Below are positions 55,122 through 64,000 of a stretch of 64,000 nucleotides of DNA, piece by piece. The position numbers and the translations under genes are program-made. The notes beneath the pieces are model-generated. The model ran no database searches and had not been told where the DNA came from. It saw nothing but the letters and a program-made list of their open reading frames with translations. Numbering within the stretch: the stretch's first letter is position 1; the number at the start of each line of letters is the position of its first letter. The stretch is from Candidatus Uhrbacteria bacterium RIFCSPLOWO2_01_FULL_47_17 (lineage in GTDB: Bacteria; Patescibacteriota; Patescibacteriia; UBA9934; GWF2-40-263), in the NCBI GenBank assembly GCA_001791305.1, contig MGEI01000005.1:404208-468207 (forward strand). The letters are read 5' to 3'.

Positions 55122-55747
55122 TATCCCTCCTCAATACAAAAGGTGAACAAGTCGGATCGCTTACTTTGGAAGCGAGTTTGTTTGACGTAAAAATGAACCC
55201 CGCACTCATTCACGAAGCTGTTGTTGCTCAACAAGCAAACTCTCGTGAGGCAATTGCGCACACAAAAACACGTGGTGAAGTTGCTGGTTCAAGCAAAAAA
55301 CCATGGAAACAAAAGGGAACAGGACGTGCTCGTCATGGTTCCACAAAGTCCCCAATTTGGGTTGGTGGTGGAATCACTTTTGGTCCACGTAATGAACGAA
55401 ATTTTTCTCTGAAGATCAACAAACGTGCAAAGCGAAAAGCGCTTGCTATGATCTTGTCTGAAAAGGTTTCATCAGAACGTTTTGTTGCCGTTGATGTTTT
55501 GGATCTTAAAGATGGCAAAACAAAAGAATTGGCAATGATTCTTAAAAATTTGCCAATTTCAAAAAAGAAAACACTCATCGTTCTTCCGCCAGCACAAAAG
55601 GATGTTGCGATTGCCGCAAAGAACATGAAGGGTATTGAGACAATGCCGTCAAATACATTAAACGTTGTCGATCTCTTAAAGGCAGACGTTGTGTTGATCT
55701 CAAAAGAAGCGATTGACATGATCACTCAAACTTACAAGCGAGCGTAA
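55112..55747 (+). CDS. rplD: 50S ribosomal protein L4
   Basis: Position within the S10 operon and sequence. Confidence 0.85.
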   Translation: MAVVSLLNTKGEQVGSLTLEASLFDVKMNPALIHEAVVAQQANSREAIAHTKTRGEVAGSSKKPWKQKGTGRARHGSTKSPIWVGGGITFGPRNERNFSLKINKRAKRKALAMILSEKVSSERFVAVDVLDLKDGKTKELAMILKNLPISKKKTLIVLPPAQKDVAIAAKNMKGIETMPSNTLNVVDLLKADVVLISKEAIDMITQTYKRA

Positions 55748-55751
55748 CGGT

Positions 55752-56132
55752 ATGGGAATTTTCAAAAAAAACAATTCAACAACGAAAGTGCCAAAAGTGG
55801 CAAAAGAAAAGAAAGAGGCTTCTGTTTCTGAAACAAAGAAACTTTTGCCATTTATTTCTTCTGTGCTTATTCGGCCGATCGTTACGGAAAAAAGTGCGAT
55901 TCTCGCTTCAAAAAATTCGTATGTCTTTGCTGTAGCAAAGACTGCAAATAAAATCGAGATCGCGTCTGCTGTTCGTAAAATGTACGGTCTTTCACCTGAA
56001 TCCGTAAACATTCAGAATGTACGCGGAAAATACGTACGTCGCGGAAAAGTTGACGGACATCGCAAAGCTTGGAAAAAAGCTATCGTTACATTGCCTAAAG
56101 GAAAAACTTTGAATATTTACGAAGGGGTCTAA
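55752..56132 (+). CDS. rplW: 50S ribosomal protein L23 (with an N-terminal Lys-rich extension)
   Basis: ...LIRPIVTEKSAILASKNSYVFAV... Confidence 0.85.
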   Translation: MGIFKKNNSTTKVPKVAKEKKEASVSETKKLLPFISSVLIRPIVTEKSAILASKNSYVFAVAKTANKIEIASAVRKMYGLSPESVNIQNVRGKYVRRGKVDGHRKAWKKAIVTLPKGKTLNIYEGV

Positions 56133-56162
56133 TCAGGGCTGCAACGAGAATTAACAACACTT

Positions 56163-57011
56163 ATGCCAGTTAAACGCTACAAACCAACGACTGCAGGACG
56201 CCGCAATTCAAGTGTGGATACTTTTGAAGATCTCACAGCATTTAAGCCGTTGAAATCTTTGACCATTCACAAAAAGAAATTCGCTGGTCGTTCCAATGGA
56301 AAAATCACGGTCCGTCATCAAGGTGGTGGGGTAAAGCAACGCATCCGTCTCGTTGATGCGAAGCGTGATAAATTTGATGTCCCTGCTAAAGTGGCAACCA
56401 TTGAATATGATCCAAACCGTGGTGCGCGTATCGCCCTCCTCTTTTATAAGGATGGAGAAAAGCGCTACATCGTAGCTCCAATTGGTTTGAACGTAGGAGA
56501 CACAGTCGTTTCTTCAAAACAAAAAGGTGAAATTCAGACGGGAAATCGATTCTCACTTGAACACATTCCTATTGGAATTCAAGTGTATGATATCGAACTT
56601 CAACCTGGAAAAGGTGGACAATTGGTTCGTGGAGCAGGTTCTACCGCTCAGCTCATGGCCGTTGAAGGCCCTTACGCAACCGTGAAGTTACCATCCGGAG
56701 AAATTCGCATGGTCTTCAAACAGTGTATGGCGACCATTGGTCAAACCTCAAATCCAGATCGCCGATTGATTCGTTGGGGAAAAGCAGGTCGAACACGCCA
56801 TCGCGGTATCCGTCCAACCGTTCGTGGAAAAGCCATGAACCCAGTGGATCACCCACATGGTGGAGGAGAAGCTCGAAACTCAATTGGTCTCAAGCATCCA
56901 AAGACACCTTCTGGGAAACCAGCCCTTGGTGTGAAGACGCGTCGTAAACAAGCGTCTGATAAATTAATCATTCAACGTCGTAAGAAGGGCCGATTCGTCG
57001 GCGGTAAGTAA
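56163..57011 (+). CDS. rplB: 50S ribosomal protein L2
   Basis: ...[13 protein letters not shown]..., 282 aa. Confidence 0.9.
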   Translation: MPVKRYKPTTAGRRNSSVDTFEDLTAFKPLKSLTIHKKKFAGRSNGKITVRHQGGGVKQRIRLVDAKRDKFDVPAKVATIEYDPNRGARIALLFYKDGEKRYIVAPIGLNVGDTVVSSKQKGEIQTGNRFSLEHIPIGIQVYDIELQPGKGGQLVRGAGSTAQLMAVEGPYATVKLPSGEIRMVFKQCMATIGQTSNPDRRLIRWGKAGRTRHRGIRPTVRGKAMNPVDHPHGGGEARNSIGLKHPKTPSGKPALGVKTRRKQASDKLIIQRRKKGRFVGGK

Positions 57012-57015
57012 TCCT

Positions 57016-57354
57016 ATGTCACGCAGTTTGAAAAAAGGTCCCTACGTTCATCCGAAGCTGATCAAAAAGATCGGTAAGTTGAAAGCGGGTGATCAAACAC
57101 CAATCAAAACATGGGCACGCTCTTCCACAATTACGCCAGAGATGCTCGGTTTCACCTTTGCTGTGCATAACGGAAAAGATTTCATTAAAGTTCGTGTCGT
57201 AGAAAACATGGTTGGACACAAACTTGGAGAATTTTCTGCAACACGTAAATTTGTTCGCCATGGCGGTAAGCTTCAAAAAGAGGCTGAAGCAGGTGCCGGT
57301 GCTCCAAAAGCAGCTCCAAAAACAGCAGCAAAACCAGCTGCAAAGAAAAAATAG
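57016..57354 (+). CDS. rpsS: 30S ribosomal protein S19 (with a C-terminal Ala/Lys-rich extension)
   Basis: [15 protein letters not shown]... Confidence 0.9.
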   Translation: MSRSLKKGPYVHPKLIKKIGKLKAGDQTPIKTWARSSTITPEMLGFTFAVHNGKDFIKVRVVENMVGHKLGEFSATRKFVRHGGKLQKEAEAGAGAPKAAPKTAAKPAAKKK

Positions 57355-57367
57355 TGATTGAACATGT

Positions 57368-57787
57368 ATGCAAGTGAAAGCTCACGCTCGCCATATTCGC
57401 ATGTCATCTCGTAAGGTCCGTCTCGTGATTGACCTCATTCGCGGTGCTCGTGTGGAAAAAGCGCAAACACAACTTCGTTTTGCCAACAAACTCGCCGCTG
57501 AACCGGTGCTGAAACTTTTGAATTCGGCTATCGCAAACGCGGTGAATAATTTTCAACTCAATAAAGATGATTTGAAAATTACTTCCATTACCGCAGACGA
57601 AGGTCCTATTTTGGATCGTTGGCAGCCTCGCGCACATGGACGTGCCATGCCAATCCGTAAGCGCAGTACACACATTTCCATTATTCTGGAAGCAATTCCA
57701 CAAAAGGAAAATGGGGAAACATCTGCTGAAAAGCCTGTGTCAAAAAAGCGTGTTTTAAAAAAGTCCGTAACCACTAAGACTGAATAA
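57368..57787 (+). CDS. rplV: 50S ribosomal protein L22
   Basis: MQVKAHARHIRMSSRKVRLVIDLIRG... Confidence 0.85.
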   Translation: MQVKAHARHIRMSSRKVRLVIDLIRGARVEKAQTQLRFANKLAAEPVLKLLNSAIANAVNNFQLNKDDLKITSITADEGPILDRWQPRAHGRAMPIRKRSTHISIILEAIPQKENGETSAEKPVSKKRVLKKSVTTKTE

Positions 57788-57795
57788 TCACTTCT

Positions 57796-58446
57796 ATGGG
57801 AAATAAGGTACATCCAAGAGGGTTCAGAATCGGCGTCACACAAGGGTGGGACAGTCTTTGGTTCGCAGATTCAAAAAACTACGTCAAACTTTTGCAAGAA
57901 GATGTCATGATTCGAGCTCATCTCATGAAGACATTGAAAGATGCATTGATTGACAAGGTGGAAATTGAACGCACACGCCAAGAAATCAAAATTACGATTT
58001 ACTCCGCAAAGCCTGGAATTATCATTGGTCGAGGCGGAACAGGAATCGAAGATCTTTCCAAAAAAATCAAAACAAAATTTTTCGCTGGAAAGCGTGTAAA
58101 ATTGTCCATCAATGTAAAAGAGGTTCAAAATGCCTCTCTTTCATCTCAAGTGGTTGGTCAACAGATTGCCGCGGACATTGAAAAGCGTATGCCATTTCGT
58201 CGTGTGATGAAAGGAACGCTTGAGCGCGTCACGAAGGCTGGAGCAAAAGGGGTAAAAGTTGTCATCAGCGGACGTTTAAATGGTTCTGAAATCGCACGTC
58301 GCGAAATGCTTGCGCAAGGAAAAATTCCTTTGCACACCCTTCGTTCAGATATTGACTACGCTTCCGTAACAGCTCGAACCATCTGGGGAGCAATCGGAAT
58401 CAAAGTATGGATTAACCGCGGAGAAGTTTTTGATAAGAAAGCTTAG
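57796..58446 (+). CDS. rpsC: 30S ribosomal protein S3
   Basis: [18 protein letters not shown]... Confidence 0.9.
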   Translation: MGNKVHPRGFRIGVTQGWDSLWFADSKNYVKLLQEDVMIRAHLMKTLKDALIDKVEIERTRQEIKITIYSAKPGIIIGRGGTGIEDLSKKIKTKFFAGKRVKLSINVKEVQNASLSSQVVGQQIAADIEKRMPFRRVMKGTLERVTKAGAKGVKVVISGRLNGSEIARREMLAQGKIPLHTLRSDIDYASVTARTIWGAIGIKVWINRGEVFDKKA

Positions 58447-58457
58447 GATCGAAATTT

Positions 58458-58877
58458 ATGTTAATGCCGAAGAAGGTAAAACATCGCAAATCCCACAAAG
58501 GACGCGCTCGCGGAAAACGTCTTGCAACTCGCATGACAACTGTTGCGTTCGGAGATTTTGCGATCAAAGCAACATCAGAAGCATGGGTCACCTCACGTCA
58601 GATTGAAGCTGCTCGTCGCGCGATGACACGTGCCATCAAGCGCGGAGGAAAGATCTGGATCCGTATTTTCCCAGACAAGCCCGTCACCTCAAAGGGTTCA
58701 GAAATGCCTATGGGTAAAGGAAAAGGTGCGGTTGACCACTACGTCGCCGTTATCCGTCCAGGAACCGTCATGTTTGAAATGGGTGGAATTTCTGAAGACC
58801 TTGCTCGTCACGCGCTTACGCTCGCGGCAAGTAAGCTCCCGCTCAAGACCAAAATCATCTCTCGTGAAATTGCTTAA
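58458..58877 (+). CDS. rplP: 50S ribosomal protein L16
   Basis: [19 protein letters not shown]... Confidence 0.9.
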   Translation: MLMPKKVKHRKSHKGRARGKRLATRMTTVAFGDFAIKATSEAWVTSRQIEAARRAMTRAIKRGGKIWIRIFPDKPVTSKGSEMPMGKGKGAVDHYVAVIRPGTVMFEMGGISEDLARHALTLAASKLPLKTKIISREIA

Positions 58878-58882
58878 TCTGT

Positions 58883-59077
58883 ATGGATGCAAAAACTCTT
58901 CGACAAAAAACTCCGGATGCGCTTTTGCATGATATTCATAATGCAGGAGAAAAGCTAAAATCTCTCGAGTTTAGATTGTCTTCAAACCAAGTAAAAAATG
59001 TGCGCGAAATTCGTTTGATTAAAAAACAAATGGCACGTATGCGCACACTCGTCCACGAATCTCAAAAGAATACATAA
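58883..59077 (+). CDS. rpmC: 50S ribosomal protein L29
   Basis: 64 aa, in the expected position. Confidence 0.8.
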   Translation: MDAKTLRQKTPDALLHDIHNAGEKLKSLEFRLSSNQVKNVREIRLIKKQMARMRTLVHESQKNT

Positions 59078-59080
59078 CGT

Positions 59081-59326
59081 ATGAACACAAAGATTAGCAC
59101 AATTCGACGCGCATTTACTGGAGTTGTCACATCCAACAAAATGGAGAAGACGATTGTGGTTCGTGTTGACCGAACACTCGTGCATCCAAAATATGGAAAG
59201 CGTTATGTGCGCAGTGAAAAGTTTCACGTGCATGCCCCAACGGGAACATACGAAATCGGACAAACGGTTTCCTTTAAGGAGTGCCGTCCACTTTCAAAAA
59301 CAAAACGTTGGACCGTTGTTGCGTAA
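59081..59326 (+). CDS. rpsQ: 30S ribosomal protein S17
   Basis: ...GVVTSNKMEKTIVVRVDRTLVHPKYGK... Confidence 0.85.
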   Translation: MNTKISTIRRAFTGVVTSNKMEKTIVVRVDRTLVHPKYGKRYVRSEKFHVHAPTGTYEIGQTVSFKECRPLSKTKRWTVVA

Positions 59327-59407
59327 AACAAACAGTTCGTCGTTCGGCCTGAGAAAATGAATCTTCGTTTTCTGAATCGAACGACCAACGACAAATCATT
59401 CAATTCT

Positions 59408-59779
59408 ATGGTACAAGAACTCTCAGTGATCAAAGTTGCAGATAATACAGGAGCAAAAAAGCTCATGGTTATTCGCGTACTCGGAGGTTTTCAAAAGCGT
59501 TATGCACACTTGGGCGAACTTGTTGTTTGTTCCGTCAAAGAAGCTGTTCCACATGCAGCCGTCAAAAAGTCTGATGTTGTGACAGCAGTCATGGTGCGTA
59601 CACGTAAAGAGACGCGTCGTAAAGATGGAACTTATATCCGTTTCGATGAAAATGCTGCGGTGATCATTGATAAAAAGACCAAAGATCCAAAAGGAACACG
59701 TATTTTTGGACCGGTTGCTCGTGAATTGCGTGCAGGTGGATACAATAAAATTATTTCTCTTGCACCAGAAGTGCTTTAA
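59408..59779 (+). CDS. rplN: 50S ribosomal protein L14
   Basis: [18 protein letters not shown]...; start taken at the internal Met. Confidence 0.85.
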   Translation: MVQELSVIKVADNTGAKKLMVIRVLGGFQKRYAHLGELVVCSVKEAVPHAAVKKSDVVTAVMVRTRKETRRKDGTYIRFDENAAVIIDKKTKDPKGTRIFGPVARELRAGGYNKIISLAPEVL

Positions 59780-59791
59780 CTCACCCATCTT

Positions 59792-60115
59792 ATGAAAATC
59801 AAATCTGGCGACAAAGTCCGGGTTTTGACCGGCAAAGATCGAAACAAAGAAGGGAAAGTGCTTCAGGTATTTCCTGTGCTCGAGCGTGTGGTTGTGGAGG
59901 GTGTGAACATCCTTACAAAGCACATGAAAGGCCGCGGAGAACATGCGGGCCAAAAGATTCAGTTTCCCTCTCCCATTCATGTATCGAATGTGCAGCTCAT
60001 TTCTGAAAAAACAGGGGCACATGGTCGTATTGGATATAAGATGATTGATGCAGAAGGTGCCAAAAAGAAGATTCGCATCCTTCGTAAAAAAGGAGCTGTC
60101 GAGGATATTGAATAA
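59792..60115 (+). CDS. rplX: 50S ribosomal protein L24
   Basis: MKIKSGDKVRVLTGKDRNKEGKV... Confidence 0.85.
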   Translation: MKIKSGDKVRVLTGKDRNKEGKVLQVFPVLERVVVEGVNILTKHMKGRGEHAGQKIQFPSPIHVSNVQLISEKTGAHGRIGYKMIDAEGAKKKIRILRKKGAVEDIE

Positions 60116-60120
60116 ACATT

Positions 60121-60663
60121 ATGTCACTCAAAGATTCATACAAAACATCTGTCGTCCCTGAACTCATGAAAGAGTTTGGGTACAAAAATGTGAATGCGGT
60201 GCCTGTGGTCAACACGGTGACACTGAATATTGGAGTTGGGCCTGGCATGAAAGATGCAAAATTCCTTGAAACCGCACAAAATACGTTAAAGCGAATTACC
60301 GGACAAAAGCCGGTTACCACAAAAGCACGTAAGTCCATTGCAGGATTTAAAATCCGCGAAGGAAGTGTGGTGGGTGTCATGGTGACGCTTCGTGGAAAGC
60401 GTATGTGGGACTTTTTAGAAAAATTGATCAATGTCTCTTTGCCTCGCGTACGTGACTTCCGTGGTCTTTCAAAAAAATCTTTTGATGGAAACGGAAATTA
60501 CTCAATCGGGTTTAAAGAGCACATGGCTTTTCCAGAAATTTCAACAGAAGAAATTGAAATCACGCACGGAATTCAGGTTACAATCGCAACATCCGCAAAA
60601 ACAGATAAAGAAGCAGAAGCTTTGCTCAAACACTTGAGACTTCCTCTCAAACAAGACGCATAA
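60121..60663 (+). CDS. rplE: 50S ribosomal protein L5
   Basis: Position and sequence. Confidence 0.85.
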   Translation: MSLKDSYKTSVVPELMKEFGYKNVNAVPVVNTVTLNIGVGPGMKDAKFLETAQNTLKRITGQKPVTTKARKSIAGFKIREGSVVGVMVTLRGKRMWDFLEKLINVSLPRVRDFRGLSKKSFDGNGNYSIGFKEHMAFPEISTEEIEITHGIQVTIATSAKTDKEAEALLKHLRLPLKQDA

Positions 60664-60665
60664 AT

Positions 60666-60851
60666 ATGGCAACAGAAAATCAAATTGCGAAATCTAAAAT
60701 GAAACCAAAGTTTTCGACCCGCATTCACCGACGTTGTTGGAAGTGTGGAAGAAATCGTGGGTTTATGCGTGCCTTTCAGTTGTGCCGTATTTGTTTTCGA
60801 GAATTGGCTAACAAAGGAGAAATTCCAGGTGTAAGAAAATCAAGTTGGTAA
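60666..60851 (+). CDS. rpsN: 30S ribosomal protein S14 type Z (zinc-binding)
   Basis: 61 aa with CWKCGR...CRIC. Confidence 0.85.
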   Translation: MATENQIAKSKMKPKFSTRIHRRCWKCGRNRGFMRAFQLCRICFRELANKGEIPGVRKSSW

Positions 60852-60852
60852 T

Positions 60853-61245
60853 ATGATCACAGACCCAATCTCAGACATGCTCACACGCATCCGTAACGCG
60901 CAGGCTGTTAAAAAAGCCTCGCTTGCTTTGCCGTACTCGAACATCAAGTTCGCGATTGCAAAAATTCTTGAAAAAGAAGGATTCATTGTAAAAGCTGTGA
61001 TGACAACGGAATCAAAATTTCCGATGATTCAAATCGATTTGAAATATACAAATCACATCCCTGCTATTCAGTCTATCCAACGCGTGAGCAAACCAGGACG
61101 TCGCGTCTATACCAAGTCAGAAGACTTGCGTTCGATTTTGTCTGGACTCGGTATCTCCATCGTATCCACGTCAAACGGACTCATGACCAATAAAGAAGCA
61201 CATGCTCGCCATCTTGGGGGAGAAGTGCTCTGTGAAGTTTATTAG
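60853..61245 (+). CDS. rpsH: 30S ribosomal protein S8
   Basis: MITDPISDMLTRIRNA... Confidence 0.9.
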   Translation: MITDPISDMLTRIRNAQAVKKASLALPYSNIKFAIAKILEKEGFIVKAVMTTESKFPMIQIDLKYTNHIPAIQSIQRVSKPGRRVYTKSEDLRSILSGLGISIVSTSNGLMTNKEAHARHLGGEVLCEVY

Positions 61246-61256
61246 AAAACAATCAT

Positions 61257-61814
61257 ATGTCACGTGTTGGAAAAAAACCTATTCTTATCCCTCAAGGCGT
61301 CGATGTAACCGTTGATGACAAGTTCGTCACGGTGAAAGGACCAAAAGGATCATTGTCACGGACTGTTCATCCGCTTGTTTCGCTTGCTCTGAGTGACGAT
61401 GCAGAAGGAAAACGTCTGATCGTTTCTGTGGAAGATGAAACAGAAAAGGTGAATCGATCTCAATGGGGAACCGCACGTACATTGATTTCTAACATGATTA
61501 TGGGCGTTACGGTTGGATTCAGTAAAAAATTAGAAGTAAACGGAGTTGGTTATCGCGTAAATCTTCAGGGACGCACATTGAATCTTGTTGTTGGGTATTC
61601 TCATGAGGTTCCATTTCTTCTTCCGGAAGGCATCACGGCAACAGTTGATGGAAACGTCATTACGATTATTGGAAGCGATAACGAATTAGTTGGAGAAATC
61701 GCCGCACGTATTCGTAAGGTGCGTAAACCAGAACCGTATAAAGGAAAAGGAATTAAATATACAGATGAAGTAGTTCGTCGCAAGGCTGGTAAGTCACAAA
61801 AGGCTGCCGCTTAA
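61257..61814 (+). CDS. rplF: 50S ribosomal protein L6
   Basis: MSRVGKKPILIPQGVDVT... Confidence 0.9.
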   Translation: MSRVGKKPILIPQGVDVTVDDKFVTVKGPKGSLSRTVHPLVSLALSDDAEGKRLIVSVEDETEKVNRSQWGTARTLISNMIMGVTVGFSKKLEVNGVGYRVNLQGRTLNLVVGYSHEVPFLLPEGITATVDGNVITIIGSDNELVGEIAARIRKVRKPEPYKGKGIKYTDEVVRRKAGKSQKAAA

Positions 61815-61823
61815 TATAAACGT

Positions 61824-62174
61824 ATGAACGGATTGAAAAAACAACTTGGTCGCGCACGACGTGCACATCGTACACGTATCGTGATGCACGGAACGGAACT
61901 CAAACCTCGTTTGAGTGTTTCGCGCAGCTTGAAGCATATTTACGCTCAACTTATCAATGATGATAAGGGTGTAACCATTGCTTCTGCATCAGACATGGAA
62001 GTGAAATCAGATGCACTTCCCATTCAGGTTGCAAAAGCGGTTGGTGAAATCATTGCAAAGAAGGCAACAGCTGCCGGAGTTGAAACTGTTGTGTTTGATC
62101 GAGGTTCATTTCGTTATCATGGCCGTGTGGCCGCTTTGGCAGAGGGAGCACGTTCAGCAGGTTTGAAGTTCTAA
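61824..62174 (+). CDS. rplR: 50S ribosomal protein L18
   Basis: Position and sequence. Confidence 0.85.
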   Translation: MNGLKKQLGRARRAHRTRIVMHGTELKPRLSVSRSLKHIYAQLINDDKGVTIASASDMEVKSDALPIQVAKAVGEIIAKKATAAGVETVVFDRGSFRYHGRVAALAEGARSAGLKF

Positions 62175-62181
62175 TTTTGAT

Positions 62182-62769
62182 ATGACAAACGCACAAACAA
62201 CTTCACGACCAAAAACATCTTTTTCTTCAAAACCCGGCGGAGCCGGATCCACTTCAGGTGGAAAATCTTTTGGTGGAAAAGGTGATACTCGCGGAAAAGG
62301 CGGAAAACGCCCGGACCGTGAAAAAAAAGAACCACGAGAATTTGATCAAAAAATTCTTGATCTTGCACGTGTTACACGTGTGACCGCCGGTGGAAAACGC
62401 ATGTCTTTTCGTTGTGCCCTTGTGATTGGTGACCGAAAAGGACGCGTTGGATTTGGTGTCGCAAAGGGTGCAGACGTTCAAATTGCGGTTGATAAAGCGT
62501 ATCGCCAAGCCAAAAAGAATTTAATTACCGTGCCATTGGTCCAAGAAACATTGCCACATGCGGTAACCGTCAAGCTTGGTTCCGCAATGATCATGTTGAA
62601 ACCAGCTCCAAAAGGTTCTGGACTAAAAGCAGGTGGGGCTATTCGTGTGATCTTGGAATACGCCGGAGTTCCAAACGCGGTTTCAAAAATTTTGAACTCG
62701 AACAATAAAATTAACATTGCTCACGCAACGTTTCTCGCCATTCAATCATTGAATGATTCCAAAAAATAA
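62182..62769 (+). CDS. rpsE: 30S ribosomal protein S5 (with an N-terminal Gly/Lys-rich extension)
   Basis: ...RVTRVTAGGKRMSFRCALVIGD... Confidence 0.9.
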   Translation: MTNAQTTSRPKTSFSSKPGGAGSTSGGKSFGGKGDTRGKGGKRPDREKKEPREFDQKILDLARVTRVTAGGKRMSFRCALVIGDRKGRVGFGVAKGADVQIAVDKAYRQAKKNLITVPLVQETLPHAVTVKLGSAMIMLKPAPKGSGLKAGGAIRVILEYAGVPNAVSKILNSNNKINIAHATFLAIQSLNDSKK

Positions 62770-62773
62770 TTGT

Positions 62774-63208
62774 ATGTCACTTTCACTTCACACATTGAAA
62801 CCAAGCCCACATTCAAAAAAGGATCGAAAATACATCGGTCGTGGTTTGGGTTCAAAAGGAACTTACTCCGGTCGTGGAGTTAAAGGGCAAGGGGCACGTT
62901 CTGGTGTTTCTGGATTGAAGTTGAAAGGAATGCGTAAGATCATTCTCTCTACACCAAAGTTGCGTGGATTTAAATCGAAGAATCCAAAAGCTCAAGTCTT
63001 GAATCTTGACGTTCTCTCGAAAGCTTTCCCAGAAGGAGGTAAAATTACCCCAAAGCAATTGGTTGCAAAGAAATTGATTTTGGATGCAATGGCCGTGACC
63101 AAAATTCTTGGAAACGGAACCGTTACCGCAAAGTTTATCCTCAAAGGATGTCTTGTTTCTGCGTCAGCAAAAGAAAAAATTGAACAAGCAGGCGGCTCCG
63201 TCGTGTAA
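62774..63208 (+). CDS. rplO: 50S ribosomal protein L15 (directly follows S5; no L30 gene between)
   Basis: MSLSLHTLKP...GRGLGSKGTYSGRGVKGQGARSG. Confidence 0.85.
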   Translation: MSLSLHTLKPSPHSKKDRKYIGRGLGSKGTYSGRGVKGQGARSGVSGLKLKGMRKIILSTPKLRGFKSKNPKAQVLNLDVLSKAFPEGGKITPKQLVAKKLILDAMAVTKILGNGTVTAKFILKGCLVSASAKEKIEQAGGSVV

Positions 63209-63250
63209 TATTTCGAGGGCACCCACAAGGGGAGCCCCTACAAATTTTCT

Positions 63251-64000
63251 ATGAACACTCTTCTTCGCATCTGGAAAACAAAAGAGCTTCGCTCAAGCTT
63301 GCTCTTTGTTCTCCTCATGCTCGTGATTTTTCGTATTGCAGCGCACATTCCAGCTCCTGGAATTGATGCAGCGGCTCTTGCGCAGGTGTTCGCAAAAAAT
63401 CAGTTTTTGGGACTCCTGAATATTTTTTCTGGAGGTACCCTGCAAAATTTTTCGATCGTCGCAATGGGAGTAATGCCTTACATCACAGCCTCTATTATTT
63501 TCCAGCTTCTCGGCATGATTGTTCCTGCATTTGAAGAAATGCAAAAGGAAGAATCCGGAAAACAAAAAATTAACCAATGGACACGATGGCTCACGGTTCC
63601 ACTCAGCTTTATTCAGGCATACAGTTTAATCCTTCTTCTTTCTCGACAAGGTCAATTTTTCACAGGAGCACAATCTACCACCATTCTATTTGCGGTGATT
63701 AGTATGACTGCCGGAACGGTGTTTCTCATGTGGCTTGGTGAATTGATTTCGGAAAAGAATATTGGAAACGGAGTTTCTATTTTGATCCTTGCCGGAATCG
63801 TGGCTGGACTTCCAACGCTTTTGAGTCAATCACTTGCGGTGTATGACAAGAGCCAGCTCGTGACACTCATTTTGTTTATCGTCGTTGTGATTGTAACCGT
63901 GATCGGAATCGTTATCATGAATGAAGCTCAGCGCAACATTCCTGTGCAATATGCTCGTCATATTCAAGGGTCGCGACTTGCGGGTGGATCCAGTTCACAC
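63251..64000 (+). CDS. secY: Preprotein translocase SecY (5' part; continues past the window end)
   Basis: MNTLLRIWKTKELRSSLLFVLLMLVIFRIAAHIPAPGID... Confidence 0.85.
   Translation, partial: MNTLLRIWKTKELRSSLLFVLLMLVIFRIAAHIPAPGIDAAALAQVFAKNQFLGLLNIFSGGTLQNFSIVAMGVMPYITASIIFQLLGMIVPAFEEMQKEESGKQKINQWTRWLTVPLSFIQAYSLILLLSRQGQFFTGAQSTTILFAVISMTAGTVFLMWLGELISEKNIGNGVSILILAGIVAGLPTLLSQSLAVYDKSQLVTLILFIVVVIVTVIGIVIMNEAQRNIPVQYARHIQGSRLAGGSSSH

Noticed and set aside
1-64000. CRISPR arrays, rRNA genes, transposases, integrases
   Set aside because: No regularly spaced direct repeats, no rRNA-like sequence, and no IS or integrase-like ORFs were recognised by eye. The dispersed palindromes are 20-45-bp singletons, not arrays.

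Overview
This 64 kb chromosomal window is gene-dense, about 50% GC on average with GC-rich patches, and comes from a small-genome bacterium. Coding genes initiate behind GGAGG-type Shine-Dalgarno sequences, and promoters recur as TTGACA-N17-TAT(A/T)(C/T)T. Going left to right the window holds a partial nusB, rnc, tRNA-Lys and tRNA-Arg, proS, mqo, an MFS transporter, hup, rny, truB, infB-trxA-trxB, an amino-acid (APC) permease, a CYTH-kinase fusion and leuS carrying an extra inserted domain. These are followed by ugd, a ComEC-like protein, ndk, a RelA/SpoT-like nucleotidyltransferase and a GNAT acetyltransferase. An eleven-gene co-directional NAD-salvage supercluster follows on the minus strand, headed by an NrtR-like Nudix regulator: nrtR-pncA-two SLOG/LOG-like paralogs-nadD::nadK fusion-pncB-Nudix-radical SAM-nadE. 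Downstream are murA, an S2P protease, a BtpA-like protein and hrpA. The window ends with the str/S10/spc ribosomal-protein operons (rpsL to secY), which lack rpmD (L30) and have three foreign genes between fusA and tuf. The most unusual feature is a set of short GC-rich palindromic or G-tract repeat families scattered between genes. Several copies are inserted in frame inside conserved genes (an AstE-like gene, ComEC, truB, leuS). Other hunt targets are the unassigned members of the NAD cluster, an ASCH-like domain inserted in LeuRS, a toxSAS-like RelA/SpoT protein, a CYTH-NRK-like fusion, and several candidate small RNAs or regulatory palindromes. All calls rest on reading the translations and sequence by eye; no searches were run.
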